A DNA stretch of 64,000 nucleotides from positions 12,276,001 to 12,340,000 of the forward strand of contig OZ059897.1 of NCBI GenBank assembly GCA_964057225.1, written 5' to 3'. This stretch comes from Auanema rhodensis (Eukaryota; Animalia; Nematoda). Each line of letters starts with the position of its first letter. The stretch's first letter is position 1. Below, piece by piece: positions 38,212-53,003 of the stretch. The translations under genes and the position numbers were made by a program. Below the pieces are notes generated by a model. That model did not search any database, was not told the origin of the DNA, and saw only the letters and a list, made by a program, of their open reading frames with translations.

Positions 38212-39979
38212 TTAGGCTGTTTGTGAGCTTCTAGGAACTAAATTCTGTTGAGATTGTTCTTTTGCAGCTTGAGAATGAATCTTTGTCATTCGACGACGAT
38301 GATGATAATAAATTGGCATAATCAAATATTTCAAGATGCTCCAGGGGAATAAATGCATCAGCAACATCTGAAAGTTATTTACTGATTTTTTTGATCTTGA
38401 ATTTGACCAATATATTTTTATATACAAGAAAGAAACGTGATCTATGTTTGAGCACAGCCGGTTATACAACTGTTGCAACATGAAATGTATTTCACATTTC
38501 AATAGCTCCTGACACATTTCAGAATTGTAAAATGTATATTGCAAACTAAAGTTAGCAATAATGATTCGTATTTATAACAACTTACTTGTATTTCATGGTT
38601 AAAGCACCCACTGGTTTTTTTGGTCAATCCAAGTGAGTTTACAGATTCCTTAGCAAAAGCTTCTGGGGTAACAACAAATAAAGATCCAGTCTTAAAGAAT
38701 TTTTGCTGTGTTTTTAGTTTTTTCTTCTTGCATGTTATACCTTGTAGTATACCATCTTTGTAGCTATCAATGCTGGAGTTAAACATTGTACGTTGATTGT
38801 TTTGTACTCACGATCAATCGCTTCACAAAGGAATGACATAACAGCCTACAAGTAGTGAAAGTCTATATTAATAACATTAGCTATCTTGAAACCTTAGAAG
38901 CGCAATAGGCTGCTAATAGTGGAATTGGACGATAACCTTGGGAAGATGAAAGTACAACGATCTGTCCACCTCCGTTACGTTCCATGGCAGGCAAAACAAG
39001 AGATAAAAACTGAAATCGTATACAGATTATGATAGAAATAATATTTATGAAAACCTCTGCTGAGCCTAAAGCATTAATTTGAAGAATTTGACGATCAGCT
39101 TGTGGGTTATCACCGTATCGTTCTAAGTTTTCCCGGCCAACTCCTACGCTGTTAACTGAAAATTTTCTTGTTATAATCAAAATTCTAAAAAAATTAATGA
39201 GGTGAAAATTTCAAAAATGAAAATTTTGAAGCTAATTTTTGTTTTCTTAATTGTTTTTTTTTTTAATTTACACACCTACAAATCCGACATCGATATCAGC
39301 AATATACGCTCTCAACTTCTCATAGTCATCAGAGCTGAAATCAAATAGGAATGTCTTCACACGGCATTGATAGGTTAATTCTGAAAAAAAATTATAATTG
39401 ACATAGCTTCATATAGTTACACACCCAGATATGCTTTAACATCAGCAAGTTTTGTTTGGCTGCGTCCAATCAGAACGAATTTTCTGAGACCTCGCTTAGC
39501 CAATTCATATGTATATGCTTTTCCAATTCCGTCAGTTCCTCCAGTAACAACTGAATTGATAGGTTTTTTTTTGTAAACAGACATTGAACTAACCTGTCCA
39601 TCTGTTTTCATACTTTGTTAAATCGGGTTCATAAAAGATTGGGGCAATGAGATATATTAAAACTGCCTTTATCAGTGCAAAGATGGTTCTAAAAATCAAA
39701 TTTATCTGTATTTTCCAAATTGATAGCTAAACTAAGTATTCATTTACATAACTATTTCTATGAGATCAAGAGAGTGATGTTCACTACTTTAAAAGAAAAT
39801 ATTGTAAATATCAATGCAATTTACCTAAAAACACGATATCCGATGTAGCAAAACGGAATAACAAGAAACATAGCTAGGTAACTAATCCAGTTAGGAGCTT
39901 GGAAATCGTTTGACACGTTCAGTCCCAACGACTGAATTAGAGTCGACGAAGGAGTAGAGGAGGAGATTATCGGTGACAT
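38212..39979 (-). CDS. Short-chain dehydrogenase/reductase, 17beta-HSD12/KAR/HSDL1-like
   Basis: N-terminal [19 protein letters not shown] and catalytic YCASK. Confidence 0.9.
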
Positions 39980-42900
39980 CCACGAGATCTACAAGAAAGA
40001 TATTGTTTGATGACACCGTTACGGTCTACTACATGTTTTGTTGTTGCTTCTTTAGATCATAACTATTGAACAAGAAAGCAGAGGTAATACAAAATTTTCT
40101 ATATAGTCTTTTGCTATAGGATTTGAAAGTATTTAAACCTAGTTCAATACTTAAGTTTTGCTTGAACCAGCTTTAAATCTTATCCCATAAAATCAAAAGA
40201 AGGGAAACAATTTAAAATATTAACTGATAAATTTGAAAAAAATCGTTATCAATGTGGAACATGAGCTGTAGAGTTCAAGGGCCTTTATATGGGCATGAAA
40301 TGAACGACTCAAACAAGTTGGCTCCAGTCGACCCGAAATTAGATCACACCTAGTACAATACAACATGGCATGGAGAAGACGTTCGACGAAATTGTTAAAG
40401 TGCATATCTTGTGATTGTGAATTACAGTCGTCTTTTAAATGGATTGAATAATAAAAATGATAAATCAGGATCAGAATAAAGGAAATGAAATTTCGGAAAA
40501 TAATAAAGGAACAAAGACGGGAATTTTTCCAAACCAATACTTTGCCGAATTACACATACACATATAGTTAAAAGGTGTTTTTATATAGGCTACTTTGTAA
40601 AATGTTTTATCATCTTTGTGATCACACACCTGAAACATATAGATAATTCAACTAATTGGTATACGTTGTCTATATATAAAATGTTTATAATGCTGCAGGT
40701 CTATACATAAGATAAATATCAATCATGTTGTGATATTTTTATAATATGATATTCTCATGCAAGACAATAACTAAATGTCAAGTATTATGTCTAAATATAT
40801 GTAACTCTTCTCTTAATTGATTTCAATGACTTTTTCTATATAAGATTTGGTTTACATAACTTTCCGGTTTTACAGAATCGTACTCTCGTCTAACTTGATT
40901 TAATAGTACAGGACCAGCAACCCGGTTTGAGAATTATATTTCTAATGAGGACAGAGATTCCTAATCATTATCCAAACCAGAGTTCAATATGTACCTGTTC
41001 AATTCCATAAATACCGGTAGATGATAATAGATTTTATTCAGCATTCAAATTACAACAATATTAAATTTTAAAACTGAAAGTTGACAGATGAATGGGCTTT
41101 AATCGACTCATTTTTTTCAAATATGTACATAGATCGACCAACATGTATCTTGTTGGAAGTGCTTTTGAAAATGATTGATAGAAAAACCAAAGAGTATATT
41201 TATGTATTAATTATGTATTTAATCAACGTTGAAAATGATAACGAAATTACTAATAGTTCAATTTGGGATTTTTTGATTTTTTTAGCTGAAAAAGTAATTA
41301 GACGATAATTTTCACGAAAAATATGATTTTTGTAATCTGATTACTGCTTACAAAACAGTTCTCGGTTTGCATACTTCCGAGACACCTTTTTCATGAAAAA
41401 GAGATTAAACCCTTTTAGCCAACACATTAACTGAACTATGCATGCAAAAATATCGTTCGAGCAATCTCCGAAAAAAAGGTAGAATACACTTTTCAAGGTA
41501 ATGACCCATATATGACACATGAATATGAGGTAAAAGGGTTCATATTCAGACAAAGTGTCTGATATATGAAGAAAACCACGAATGGAGATGGAAAAATTTT
41601 TTTTTGTATTTTTGTAGGTAGCTAGCACACAGAACAAAACCAGATGAAGATGCAGAGGAGTAGTTAGTACCATGGACATAAATTGGTATAAACTATACAT
41701 GAAAAAGAGAGAAAAATTCTTCCAAAGCAACAAATAGATTAATAAAAATGTATTCTATTAGGAAATATGTAACGATTAATTTCCAAAAGTTCAAAATACT
41801 ATTGTGAAACAAAGATTTCAGGAAGTGCTCACCTTGTCTTCTAGAATCGATAGAATAGGAAAATACTTGAAAATTTGAACAATTTAAGAAGGGCAAGGGC
41901 TGGATTCCAGAGAATTGCATATAAACAAGGAACTAATTACATTTTTTTAAAGATTTTGAGTTTAAAGCCATAACCAGTTTTCGTATATAATTAAACATTT
42001 GATCACGAAAAAAAAAGAAAAAAGTGTTTTGTTTTCCCTTTGTATTATGATAAACGAATAAAAAAAACTACAAACCACAACATCCATCGCCAACGGTTTT
42101 GATTAGACTAAATGGTTTACTTTAAGCTTCATTGTTGGATATAAAACTAGTTTAAGTTAAATTAATCTACATCTACTTGACAATGAACCAAATTGCTTGT
42201 TTCCTTTCATATCGCTTTTTAGTATGATAATCACTAATCTTCCGGTAAACAGAAAAGGAGAAGTTCAAATAAGAACCTGGAACACCAGATATAACAAGAT
42301 TATACGAATAATGGTAGGAACTAGAACAGTCTGGAAATGTTTTCTTAATAATACAGACTTAGTAAAATCCTTTTTGTTGGAGGTCATTGAAAGTGAAATA
42401 GAAAGAGTAAAGTTTTTTTTTTGCAATACTTGCTGAATAAATGAGAAAATATATTAGATTAGGTTACTATATCCTGCTCCAATCTGGCTCAAAATTAGGG
42501 AACTTAAAATTAGCATATGCCGTACGTGTAAGTAGTAGCGTTATTATCTTGGGATTCAAATTGAAAAGTTAACGCATGATAATATATTGGCATTCTTTAT
42601 CATTATTTTTCTAATATTTTTATTCTTATAATAATTGCAGAAGTTCGAATCCGATTGAAATATGGATTGCACTGCTTCTCGAATTCTGCAATAATTTTAC
42701 GAGTTTTCTCGTGAAAAGTGTAAATTTTCTTTCATATTTTCTTAGTTACTCATGCATTTCAAGGATCATCCTTTCAATGTTTGAAATTATTGATCAATAA
42801 CGCTTCGCCGAATTAATATGAGGTCAGTGCAATTTTAAAAAAAAAGTATTTCATATCCGTTTAAAAAGCTATTGTTGCAATATGGCTCTGGCTTAATACA

Positions 42901-43681
42901 AAGTTCATGAGCTCAATTTCAAATATATTGTGCTTAAAACATTTTTGTTGATTAGTATATTCCTCAGATGAAATAATGCAACATGGACGGAAATGGGCAT
43001 AATTATAGAGTTCTAATTCATGCGATTCTCCTTGACTTTAAGAAAAGTAGCAAATTGTTAGAGACGCAGTGTTGCTTGATTATGTATCAAATGAAACAAA
43101 GCAAATTGAATTCTGTCACAGACAGGAAAACGAGTGAAAGAAAGCTTGATCTGCATTTTATACACTCACACAAGGTCGAACATGTTATAAAAAGTTATAC
43201 ATTTCATAATACTCTTATCGTTCAGATGATATGTATTATATATACAATTGTGCATCCGTGATAACGTGTATACCTTGAATACAAATAGTTTTTAAAATAA
43301 AACTTTCTATTTTTCATTACGTTGTTCTATTAATAAGACAACCAGCTATGCATTAGCGAAGAAATTCTTTGATCCTTTTTCTATCTGTCTACCCAATTTT
43401 GCTACGAAAGTTTAAACATTTCAGTGGAAAAGTTATTTATTCATGTGTATTTTCCCACTTTTCTTCATGCTCAACTCACTGTTTACACTGATTCATATTG
43501 ATTTTGTTTATTGAAGGTATCTATTTGTCACTGAATGCTTTTTAATATTAAGCTTTGTTCCCAATTTTCTAATGTAGAAAAAATGTTACATCAGAATTTT
43601 ATCGATTGCCTTGTCAATTTTATGCGGTTATACTCAGTACTAATATAATACGTTTAAATTTATTTTGGTTTCAGTATAGTA

Positions 43682-46600
43682 ATGGAAGTTGACGAATCTT
43701 CGAGGGAATGTTCTCCTTTTATAGATGGTAAGTAATTGTTTTCAAAAGTTTAGTGATGATATATACCTCAAATCTTCACTTTAAAAAACAAGTTTCAACA
43801 ATATGCGGGTTTGTTACATCAATGGATGTTCTTGAGACTACGTAGCGAATCGCCATATGATTTTAAAGTTTCCTTCATCAGCGATCACATCAAGAAGGTC
43901 GTCTAATACCATTGATACTAGAACTAATAGGACTATATGAATTATTTCCAAAACTCTTTATTTTTATACTTGTACAATGCTCAAGCCATTTTTTTAAAGG
44001 TTTATTTTTAGAAAATTCTGTTGACATGCGAGACTTGGATTTAACTGACATTGAAAGAAAATATAGTGTTAGTTTTACTTACGTACATTACAAAACTATA
44101 TATTGCATTTAGCAACAACCTCATGATAGTCACAAGTTTATGAATTTTGAATGGGATAGGTCCTGTTTTTTTTCTGACGGAAAACGACAAGTATCACTTC
44201 AGTTGCGCAAGAATTTAGAGTTTCTTGATGTTTTAAGATTGATTATGTCCTCGCATATGAAAATGAAGATGTTGAGTCTCCTTCTACAGAAAGAACAACA
44301 GTATTCAGTATGCATAATGAAGACAATTGTGAGGATGTTTCAGTAAGAGGTTCTGAGTAAACACTAAATATAAATGGTTTTTAAGGATCTGAACGATGAG
44401 CATGATGGAGTTCATAATATTAATTCTTCCTCAGAGTATTCGAAAAAGCAGAATAGAAGAAAATTTTTTGAAGAAAATTTGAGGCATATGGGTTTAGAAA
44501 CAGAATATGTTGATATAGCTCCAATGGTAATTTTAGTACAGCTGATATGATATTTTAGAAAATTATTTCAGTTAGGACGTACTAGCTTTGTTTTAATTCA
44601 TGCTCCATTTCATGTTCTTGAAAAACAATCAAAGGTGATGGGAGTTAGGCTACCAATTAGAGAAATTGATGTTCATTATGTAAGTCCTGTTTTCACCTAC
44701 ATTTTTTTGAAATGTTTTTAGGATGGTGGTCCTCTGGAGGGTATATTAGATCAAGCACTGGCTTCTCTCAAAATTTTTGATTTTGATGAATCTACTCAAA
44801 AATTACTTTCTGACAGAGATTATTATACTGCCCCATATTCGAGTGAAAGAAGAAAAGAGTTAAACACATCTTGTTATTATTTGTTTAAATAATATTATTT
44901 TAGTTTTTTGAACTGGGATAAAGAAGATATTTTATTCCCAAATTCTGAAAGGTCTCGAATGGTTTATGATTTACTGACTCGAGCTAATTACGATGGACCT
45001 CACGGAAAACCGTAAGAAGTATTTAAAAAAGTCACTCTTCTTTTAATTTTTTCAGAAATGTAAAACATTTTGGTATTGAGCGATTATTGGGAAACTATAC
45101 TTTTTCGGCAGCGTATCCTCTACATCAGGTTGAGTTTGGACTTTAAGTATTCTCAAATATATCAAACCTTTTAAGGAAATGCGGCCAATCCAGGATATTC
45201 CGGCTGGTGGGGAAAGAAGTCAACGAGAAATTTTATTGAAACATTGGGCATCTTGGAAAAATATCTTCAAATATCAGCCTTTGGATTGCATAAAGTGTCT
45301 TAGGAATATCATCCCTATTTTAAATTGGTTTTTTTTAGGAGATATTTTGGAACAAAAGTGGCATTTTACTTCACTTGGTTGGGATATTACACGAGATCTT
45401 TATATCTTGCTGCTCTTGCCGGTGTAGTATGTGTTGCATATGGACTTTTTAATATATCAGAAGATGTTGTTAGGTATTTTGCATATATTTACTTTTTTAA
45501 CAGTCTTTTGTAATTTAGTAATGATATATGTGGTAACGATGGTGTTGGAGCTAATGAAATCTTATGTCCACAATGTGATAGGTACTGCGATTTTCAACGT
45601 TTGAACAATTCTTGTGTATATGCAAAGGTTTCAGTATTTTTTTGCTTTGGAAAAATATTATTATTATTAGGTTTCGTATCTGTTTGATAACGGTGCAACT
45701 GTAATTTTTGCTGCCCTTATGAGTATTTGGGCAACACTTTTCTTAGAAGGATGGAAACGGTATCATGCCGAAGTTGCCTGGAAATGGGGTTTACTAGATG
45801 TTGTCGTAGAAGAAGTAAGCTTTGAAAACCTGTACGAATAAGATAGTTTATTTTTTTAGGATACTGTTCGTCCAGAATTTCAATTCAGAGTAAAGTCAAG
45901 GCGTTTAAATCCCGTAACTCAAGAACAAGAACCGTATTTATCTACCTCTAAAAAGATTGTCAATTTTTTTGGATCTGGTGCTACAGTAGCATTTTTCGTA
46001 TGAAATCTTTTGCACTTTCTTTATTTCAGCTAGTTATTTGTAGGTTGCTTTAGTTCTTGCCGTAGTATTTGGAATGGTGATATACCGAGTCATTTGTATG
46101 AGGCTTTTGGCTTTCGTATGTTGGAAGTGTTTATTTCTGAACTCTATCTGTTTATATTTCAGATGGATCATCCTACTGTAGATTCATACGCTTTTATCAT
46201 TGTATCAACAACTGCTGCGACAATTAATTTGTGTGTTATCATGGTGATGAATATGGTAAGTTCTTTTTAGAGTTTCTTTGTAACTTTAAAAAAAACTTTT
46301 TTTAAGATTTATAATTCGATTGCTCATAAATTAACAAGATGGGAATGCCCTCGAACGCAAACTGATTTCGATAATAGTTATACGTTCAAAGTTTTCTTAT
46401 TTCAATTTGTTAATTACTACTCCTCTCTGTTTTATATAGCATTCTTCAAAGGATTGTATGTTTAAGATATTCATATGTTTTTATTTTTCAAATTGTAGAT
46501 TATCCCAATTGCCTGGAACTCGAGATAATGATGGTAATGTAAAAATCGGCGGATTAAGATTGGAGGTAATAGAGTTTTTTCCTTGTTACGAAACTTGAGC

Positions 46601-48102
46601 TTTGTTAAGGGTTGTGATGCTGCAGGATGTTTCGCTGAATTGGTCATTCAACTTGCCATCATAATGTGCGGAAAGCAATTCTTTTCAGCCATTGTTGAAT
46701 CTGTGTATCCGTGAGTAGTACTTGCTAACTTTCATAATGAATCGGAATATTTTTCAGAAGTTTTATGGCTTTATTGAGAAAATGGAAATTACGCGTTCCC
46801 GTTGTAGTTGAAACCAAGGAACAGAGAAAACAACGAATAAGAGAGGAAAAAGCACAAAAAACCATGAATATGAAGCGGTGGGAGTCAGATTATTATCTCA
46901 ATCCAACTTATGATCAATTTCTGTTTGATGAATATTTGGAAATGGGTTAGTTCTACAGTAGATGGAATCGAGCATTTTTTTTTATTATAGTGATTCAATT
47001 TGGATTCGTAACTTTATTTGTTGCTGCATTCCCTCTAGCTCCGTTCTTTGCTGTGATAAACAACATCCTTGAAATCAGAGTAGACGCCAAGAAATTCCTT
47101 TGTGTAACTCAGAGACCAATGCCTGCACAGGTATGTTAATTTCGCTTGTTTATGCTTGAATACTCCTTTTTTAGGCAAAAAACATAGGGATATGGCTCAA
47201 TATTCTGGATGTTATCAGTAAGGCTAGTGTAACAATCAATGTCAGTTTTAGATCTTTATATGCATTTATAATATATATTTAGGCTTTGGTTATTTCATTT
47301 ACATCAGATTTTGTTCCTAAAACTATGTATTACATGATGCACGGTTCTATGATAGGATATGTTGATTATTCTCTTTCTTATTTTGATTCATCTGAATATG
47401 ATTTCTCTCATTCACAATTTGATGGAATAGGACACTGCAGGTTCTATCGTGCCGTTGACATTTTTCTTCAAAAAATTACTTAGATATCGTGGCTATCGAA
47501 GAACTCCTTGTTCAATCGTTAATGGAACTCTACATCAAGGTGAACCTTGCGACGATGGTTTAGGATTGTCCTACGAATGGTGGAAAGTATTTGCCGCCAG
47601 GTTGCTGTTTGTTGTAGTTTTTGAGGTTAGCTCGCCTTTTATTTGAAACCAACAGAAACAATTCTACAGCATGTGGTTCTTTTCATCAAATTAGTTGTTG
47701 AGTATCTAATTCCTGATGTTCCTACAAGAATTTTCATTCAACAACAACGTGAACGCTATCTCTTACGACAGGCAATTCTTGGCGATTTGTCGGGTTTAAA
47801 CTCCAAGAGAGTCCACACTCCAAAAAAATTGTGAGTTTTTAATTTATCATATGGCTTAACAATATTTACTAGAAATTCGTTTGTTGATACACCAAAGGTG
47901 GCATTTCAACCGGGGTCTTTTGATGACCATGAGGTTTATCTTTCTTAGTTCAACATCTAACACAAACTCTTAATTTCAGCACGGAAATGGTGAGGTTCTT
48001 CCAGAACGAGTATTATTCAGATCGAGAGAAAGCAATTCTGTTGAATCATTCACAACTGCTTTGCAACCTAATGGTAGCACATTAACTTTACATGATAGTT
48101 AA
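43682..48102 (+). CDS. anoh-1: Anoctamin/TMEM16 family protein
   Basis: [71 protein letters not shown]. The ANO1-7-like branch suggests anoh-1. Confidence 0.88.
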
Positions 48103-51100
48103 TATAATTAACTAGTTTGTCTGTTTTATCTAATATATTAGATATATTCTATTTATCTTTTATATCGTTATGTAGAGCATTTTAAGTGTAAATGTCCATC
48201 TTGCCTTTCATACTTCAGGATTCTTATATTTATTGTTTTAATTGTTAGATACATTGACGGGTTTATATGATATTATGACAAAGTCTGAGAAATTTTACTG
48301 AATTTAATACAGATTTTTATTTTTCTCTTCTCTTCTATTGAACTACTAATTTCAAATTAATCTAAGAAATATAATATCAGAAACATCTTGCGATGAATAC
48401 AATAAGAATATTGTTCAGACTCTTCCAGCCAATAAGCTATTGATTTGCCTCTCATGACATTCAACTGTTAACTGAATCCTATGTTATAAAAAAAATAACA
48501 AAATAATAATATCTTAATGGCATTCACGAACAAAATGAAATAGTTGAATATATTACTGACAATAGCAAGTGAATGTTATGCTTCTCGTGTATCGTTGAAA
48601 CCTTAAAACTAGTCTAGATAATTAATTAAAACATTCATATATTTTTATTTTAATTTGAAAATAAGTTTAAAATGTTTTGATTAAACATCTTTACCTTTTT
48701 TCTAAAAAAAAAGAAAAAAGAATTCTGTGGGAATCGTAGTTTTTAATAAATTGCACCTTCCTATGTCTGGAGATCTTAAACTTTCAATGTCGTTCTCAAA
48801 TCTCGTCATCGCGCCATATTCTCTCTCAAATCTTATAAAATAGATTTGAAACTTGGCAAACTGTTATGAATCAAAAGATCAAAGATTGCTGATGTCATAC
48901 AAAAACTAGGTAGTTTCAGGTCATAGTACTGTATGATCTGATTTTTTTAGATTCTTATTAACCTTGCCATTCGATTGAGAAGGTGCGAATTAGTTCTTCA
49001 AAACATTTATTTAACATTATGTTTTTCCATTTAAATAGAGAGACTAACTAAAATTTAAAAAAGTTTTTGTTAAAACTCACTATTTTCTGGTTTTTTCTTG
49101 AATTCTTTAACGTACAATTTTGAAGAAAAACCCTGAAGTTGTGGTCATTTACCGTTACCTTCATAATAAATGGGTGAGTTGTCGTTTTTTTTGTTTAATA
49201 TCCAAAAAAAACTTTTCGAATGACCTTTCATAGTTTGGCACAATGTTTATGATCTGTTAACCAGAAAATTCTTAATAAAAATGTGAAAAAATTGCAATTA
49301 CAAACGTTTATTTAGAATCGTAAAATTTATGCTAGAATTGTGTAATTCTCTCCAATTTGGTCTCTTCTTATTTCGTTCCATGAGTTACAAATGTTGTCTG
49401 TTGTCGTTTTGAAACTTGGTCACTGTCTTTCTTGCCCTCCCCCCCCCAAGATACCGTACTTTATGAAATAAAAGCAACATATATTCTGTATGAACAAGCT
49501 TGAGGAACATACTTGAATTCCTAATTACAATGCACTTTCATATAAGACAATTTTGAGATAGTTGTTTCAACCAATTGAAACGTTCAACAAGCAACTGTAT
49601 GAAAGCTTTTCTTTCTTTTCTCCTTTCTTGTTCAATCAAGCTATTAGACAATTGACCTACTAGAATTTAATAGCTTAGCTAAAGTATTAGAAAACTCTGT
49701 ACGTATGTCCTTTTTGGCTGAATGAGTAATACCTTAATAAGTACTGTTTCTTCATACTCATGTCTTCGCTTAACAACTTTTGTTAGATACAAAAAACTTG
49801 TTTTTCTTATTCATTTTTGATGGGAGTACTCCATAACCCTAGCATATTTGAACTTCATTATCAGGTTAAAAGGTGAATGAGTCCATTATTAAAAATTAGT
49901 TAAATGAAAGTCAATGCAGAGAAATATAACGAGAAATCCTGTGGTAGCGGTTGTAGGCGCCATTAGACGGTCTGTTAGGTGAACACCTCTTACAATAGAT
50001 TAGTCAGTCATAAGAATGCTTTCTCTTTTTCAATTAAAGTATAGACTGTCACAAATTTCCTGAATTTCGGAATTATTTAAGTTTTTTGTGTGGTCAAATG
50101 ATCGCATGAATACACAAAAAAGCGGAGGTGTCATACAATTAATGCAACTAGTCACTTAAAAAATCCAGTTCAAACTACGGTACGGTACTTAAGCCTTCAT
50201 TTTTTCTAGAGCTGCAACATTAAAAGAAAATTTTGCTTGCCAATAAAATACTATCTTTTTACTTTTTTCAAAACATTAAATTTAACTTTTACAAAGGTTT
50301 TTCTCTCTCTCTATCTGAGTTTACTCGGTTTTTCTTTCTCTCTCTTAGGATACTCTCACTTTCTGGATATCAATCATTGTTAAGCAAAACAACAAACAGG
50401 CAGAAAGAAAAAAGCTAGTAATATCTTTTCAGCTGAACTGTTTTCATTTGGCATCCAACAGTGAAATTATTTCTTTTTTCCCAGTAAATTCTAAAGTAAT
50501 ATCCTTTCATTTGAATGCTTGCCATCTGAAACTTCGTTGAAGTCTTTTTTTTCTTCGTTATATACATATACACATATGAAAGTATTATCAAATAATTTAT
50601 TTAAATCTTTTATTTTTATACTTTTAAATTAATAGTTCTTAACTGAAGTCGTTATGTAGCCATGAAAAAGCTTTAAACATTTTTTTAAAGCATTTGTTAT
50701 CCTCTAAATTACTGGTTCTCCGAGGACAAATTAGCTGTATTGTTACGCTACCGATATGAAGTTCTTGAAAATCTAGACAAGATTTCAGTTTTTTTTCTGA
50801 AATTCATGAATATAATCTTATTAAAGCGAATATAACTTCATGTTTATTATGACGGATATTTTATCATTTATAAGAGATTCTCAGTTTTTTTCTTAATCTT
50901 GAACACAACCTATCTTGTTTTGAGATTACACATACTAAGCTTCTTGATTTTCACGTTTTTGAAATCAACTCGGAAATGAAATATCTTTAATCTGAATAGG
51001 TTCACTTTGCCATATTCTGCGATCTTCGAGGTTTCTATCATCGCTGTCTTGTTTTCGTTTTCATATGAATTACAACTGGAAATCCGTTTCTATCATGCAA

Positions 51101-53003
51101 CTGCCAAAGACGTAATGTTGCATCAAACAATATCTTCCTATTCGTATTGTATTCATATATTTGTATATAATTATCTAGATTTAAGCAATTTATTTTGAAT
51201 TTCATCCATAAAAAATTATATGAAAGAAGCATTTTAAAGAAATGTTTTTAATAGCAATTATAAGAATATACACATGTATGTATATATATATATATATATA
51301 AATATTCTTTGTCTCTTTATGTTATTATCTAAATAAGATAAAAACATATTTTACTTTACTATTGTACTATTACTTCACCAATGATCTCATAAACATCTGT
51401 GGTCTTTTTTTGTCGAAAATTCATTAAAATCCTGAAGAATTATTTGATTTTTTCAAATTTGATCTAATGATAACTATAAGTGTGCCACATTTTAACATAG
51501 TTTTCAATTACAAATCTTGTTTTAGCATTATATTTGAACAATTCTTGTAAAGTATTATCTTTGAAGATCATATATCAGTTTTTTTTTTGAAATAAGACAG
51601 TGAGAGAGATTTGATTAATCCGTAGAAAGTAAAGTGCTAATAAACTTTATAGATATAGCTAACAAGTATTATTAATAAACTGCAACGACATCTCTTATCT
51701 GTCTCATCACATCACGTTTTCATAATTTCTTCTCTATCTCGCTCTCTTGCGGGGAGGTCTCGATTTCCGTTCCATTGGCATGGTCTCATTCAAGATAGTC
51801 CTTTCTCTTTCTCTATGTTCTGAAAAAAAGAGGAAACCCTTGTGTGAAACTGAGTCCAAATATGTTCTCTATTTCTTATTCTTCCAATATAACATACAGT
51901 TTATGTTCCGTTCATTCACCTATCATTTCTTCGCGCTTCGTCAAGAGATGCTCTTTAGCTATACTGATAATTAGTGAAAGTGTGACCATCATCACCACCA
52001 TCAACATCCACTTGACTGATATAGTAAAACCTCCTTCGGTTTCTGTTCTTGGCGAGAATACTTCATTCAGTTCCCGATTTCTTTTTAGTATATTCTTTTA
52101 TAATATTTGGTTATTTCATCTTGAATATCTATGATTTGTTGTTTCTCCTCCTCTATTAACACCTTACATACTATAGAAGTTATTCAAGTAATAACTTATA
52201 CTATGAAGGACAACAGTAAAGTATATCTATATTGTTAGTGAGAAAGGAAATTGTGAGAGATATGTATATAAGCATCAAGAGTGTCATCTTAGGAGGAACG
52301 TTGGGTGTTAAATGAATGAAAAAGACAAAACCATTCCAAGAAAAAGAAATACAAGACATCTCGTTACAGTCTTGCTCTTGTTTATGATATTGTGCTTCTT
52401 ATAGCTTTTCCTTTTATGTTCTCATTCATCTTCTACGTTTTCTTTCTTCCTTACTTTCCCTGATTCATGTCCCTCTCACTTCCTATCGTTGTGCTGAACC
52501 GAAAAAGCCGGTTTAAAGTGATCACATTATAATGTCGCCTTCTTTTCTGTCTTGTAAATGAAATCCTTTGACACTTCTTTTCAAGCTTCTTCCTCCGATT
52601 CTTATCATATAATTCAAAATAAATAAACATCTTGCTTTACATCTATTTCTCCGTTGTTTCAAAATTTTTTAAACTTTACCATATGATGTTTCTTATTATT
52701 TTTTTTGTAACATTCATAATTCTGATATTATCAAAATTCATGACGATATTGTAAGGTTACCTTGTTGAGCACTTCATTACTAATTACTACTGTTTTTAAA
52801 ATTTAAAATTACTGTACTTGTGTGAATATCGCTTAAAATCGTCCAATATTTTGTTATCTTCTATCTTTTCTGATTTTTTCTTTTTTTTCAGTGAGTCGTT
52901 TGGAAATCAGTTAATGATATTCAAATTATAAATATATTTATATTATAAAATACAAAATATATTATTTCATAATTGTTTTATGTTATTTTAATTTTTGGTT
53001 AAA

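Noticed and set aside
40220-43261. Short ORFs between the SDR and anoctamin genes
   Set aside because: No motifs or consistent exon structure; AT-rich intergenic DNA.
48200-52900. Short ORFs or a hidden gene upstream of the ptr gene
   Set aside because: No coding or structured signal found; likely regulatory DNA.
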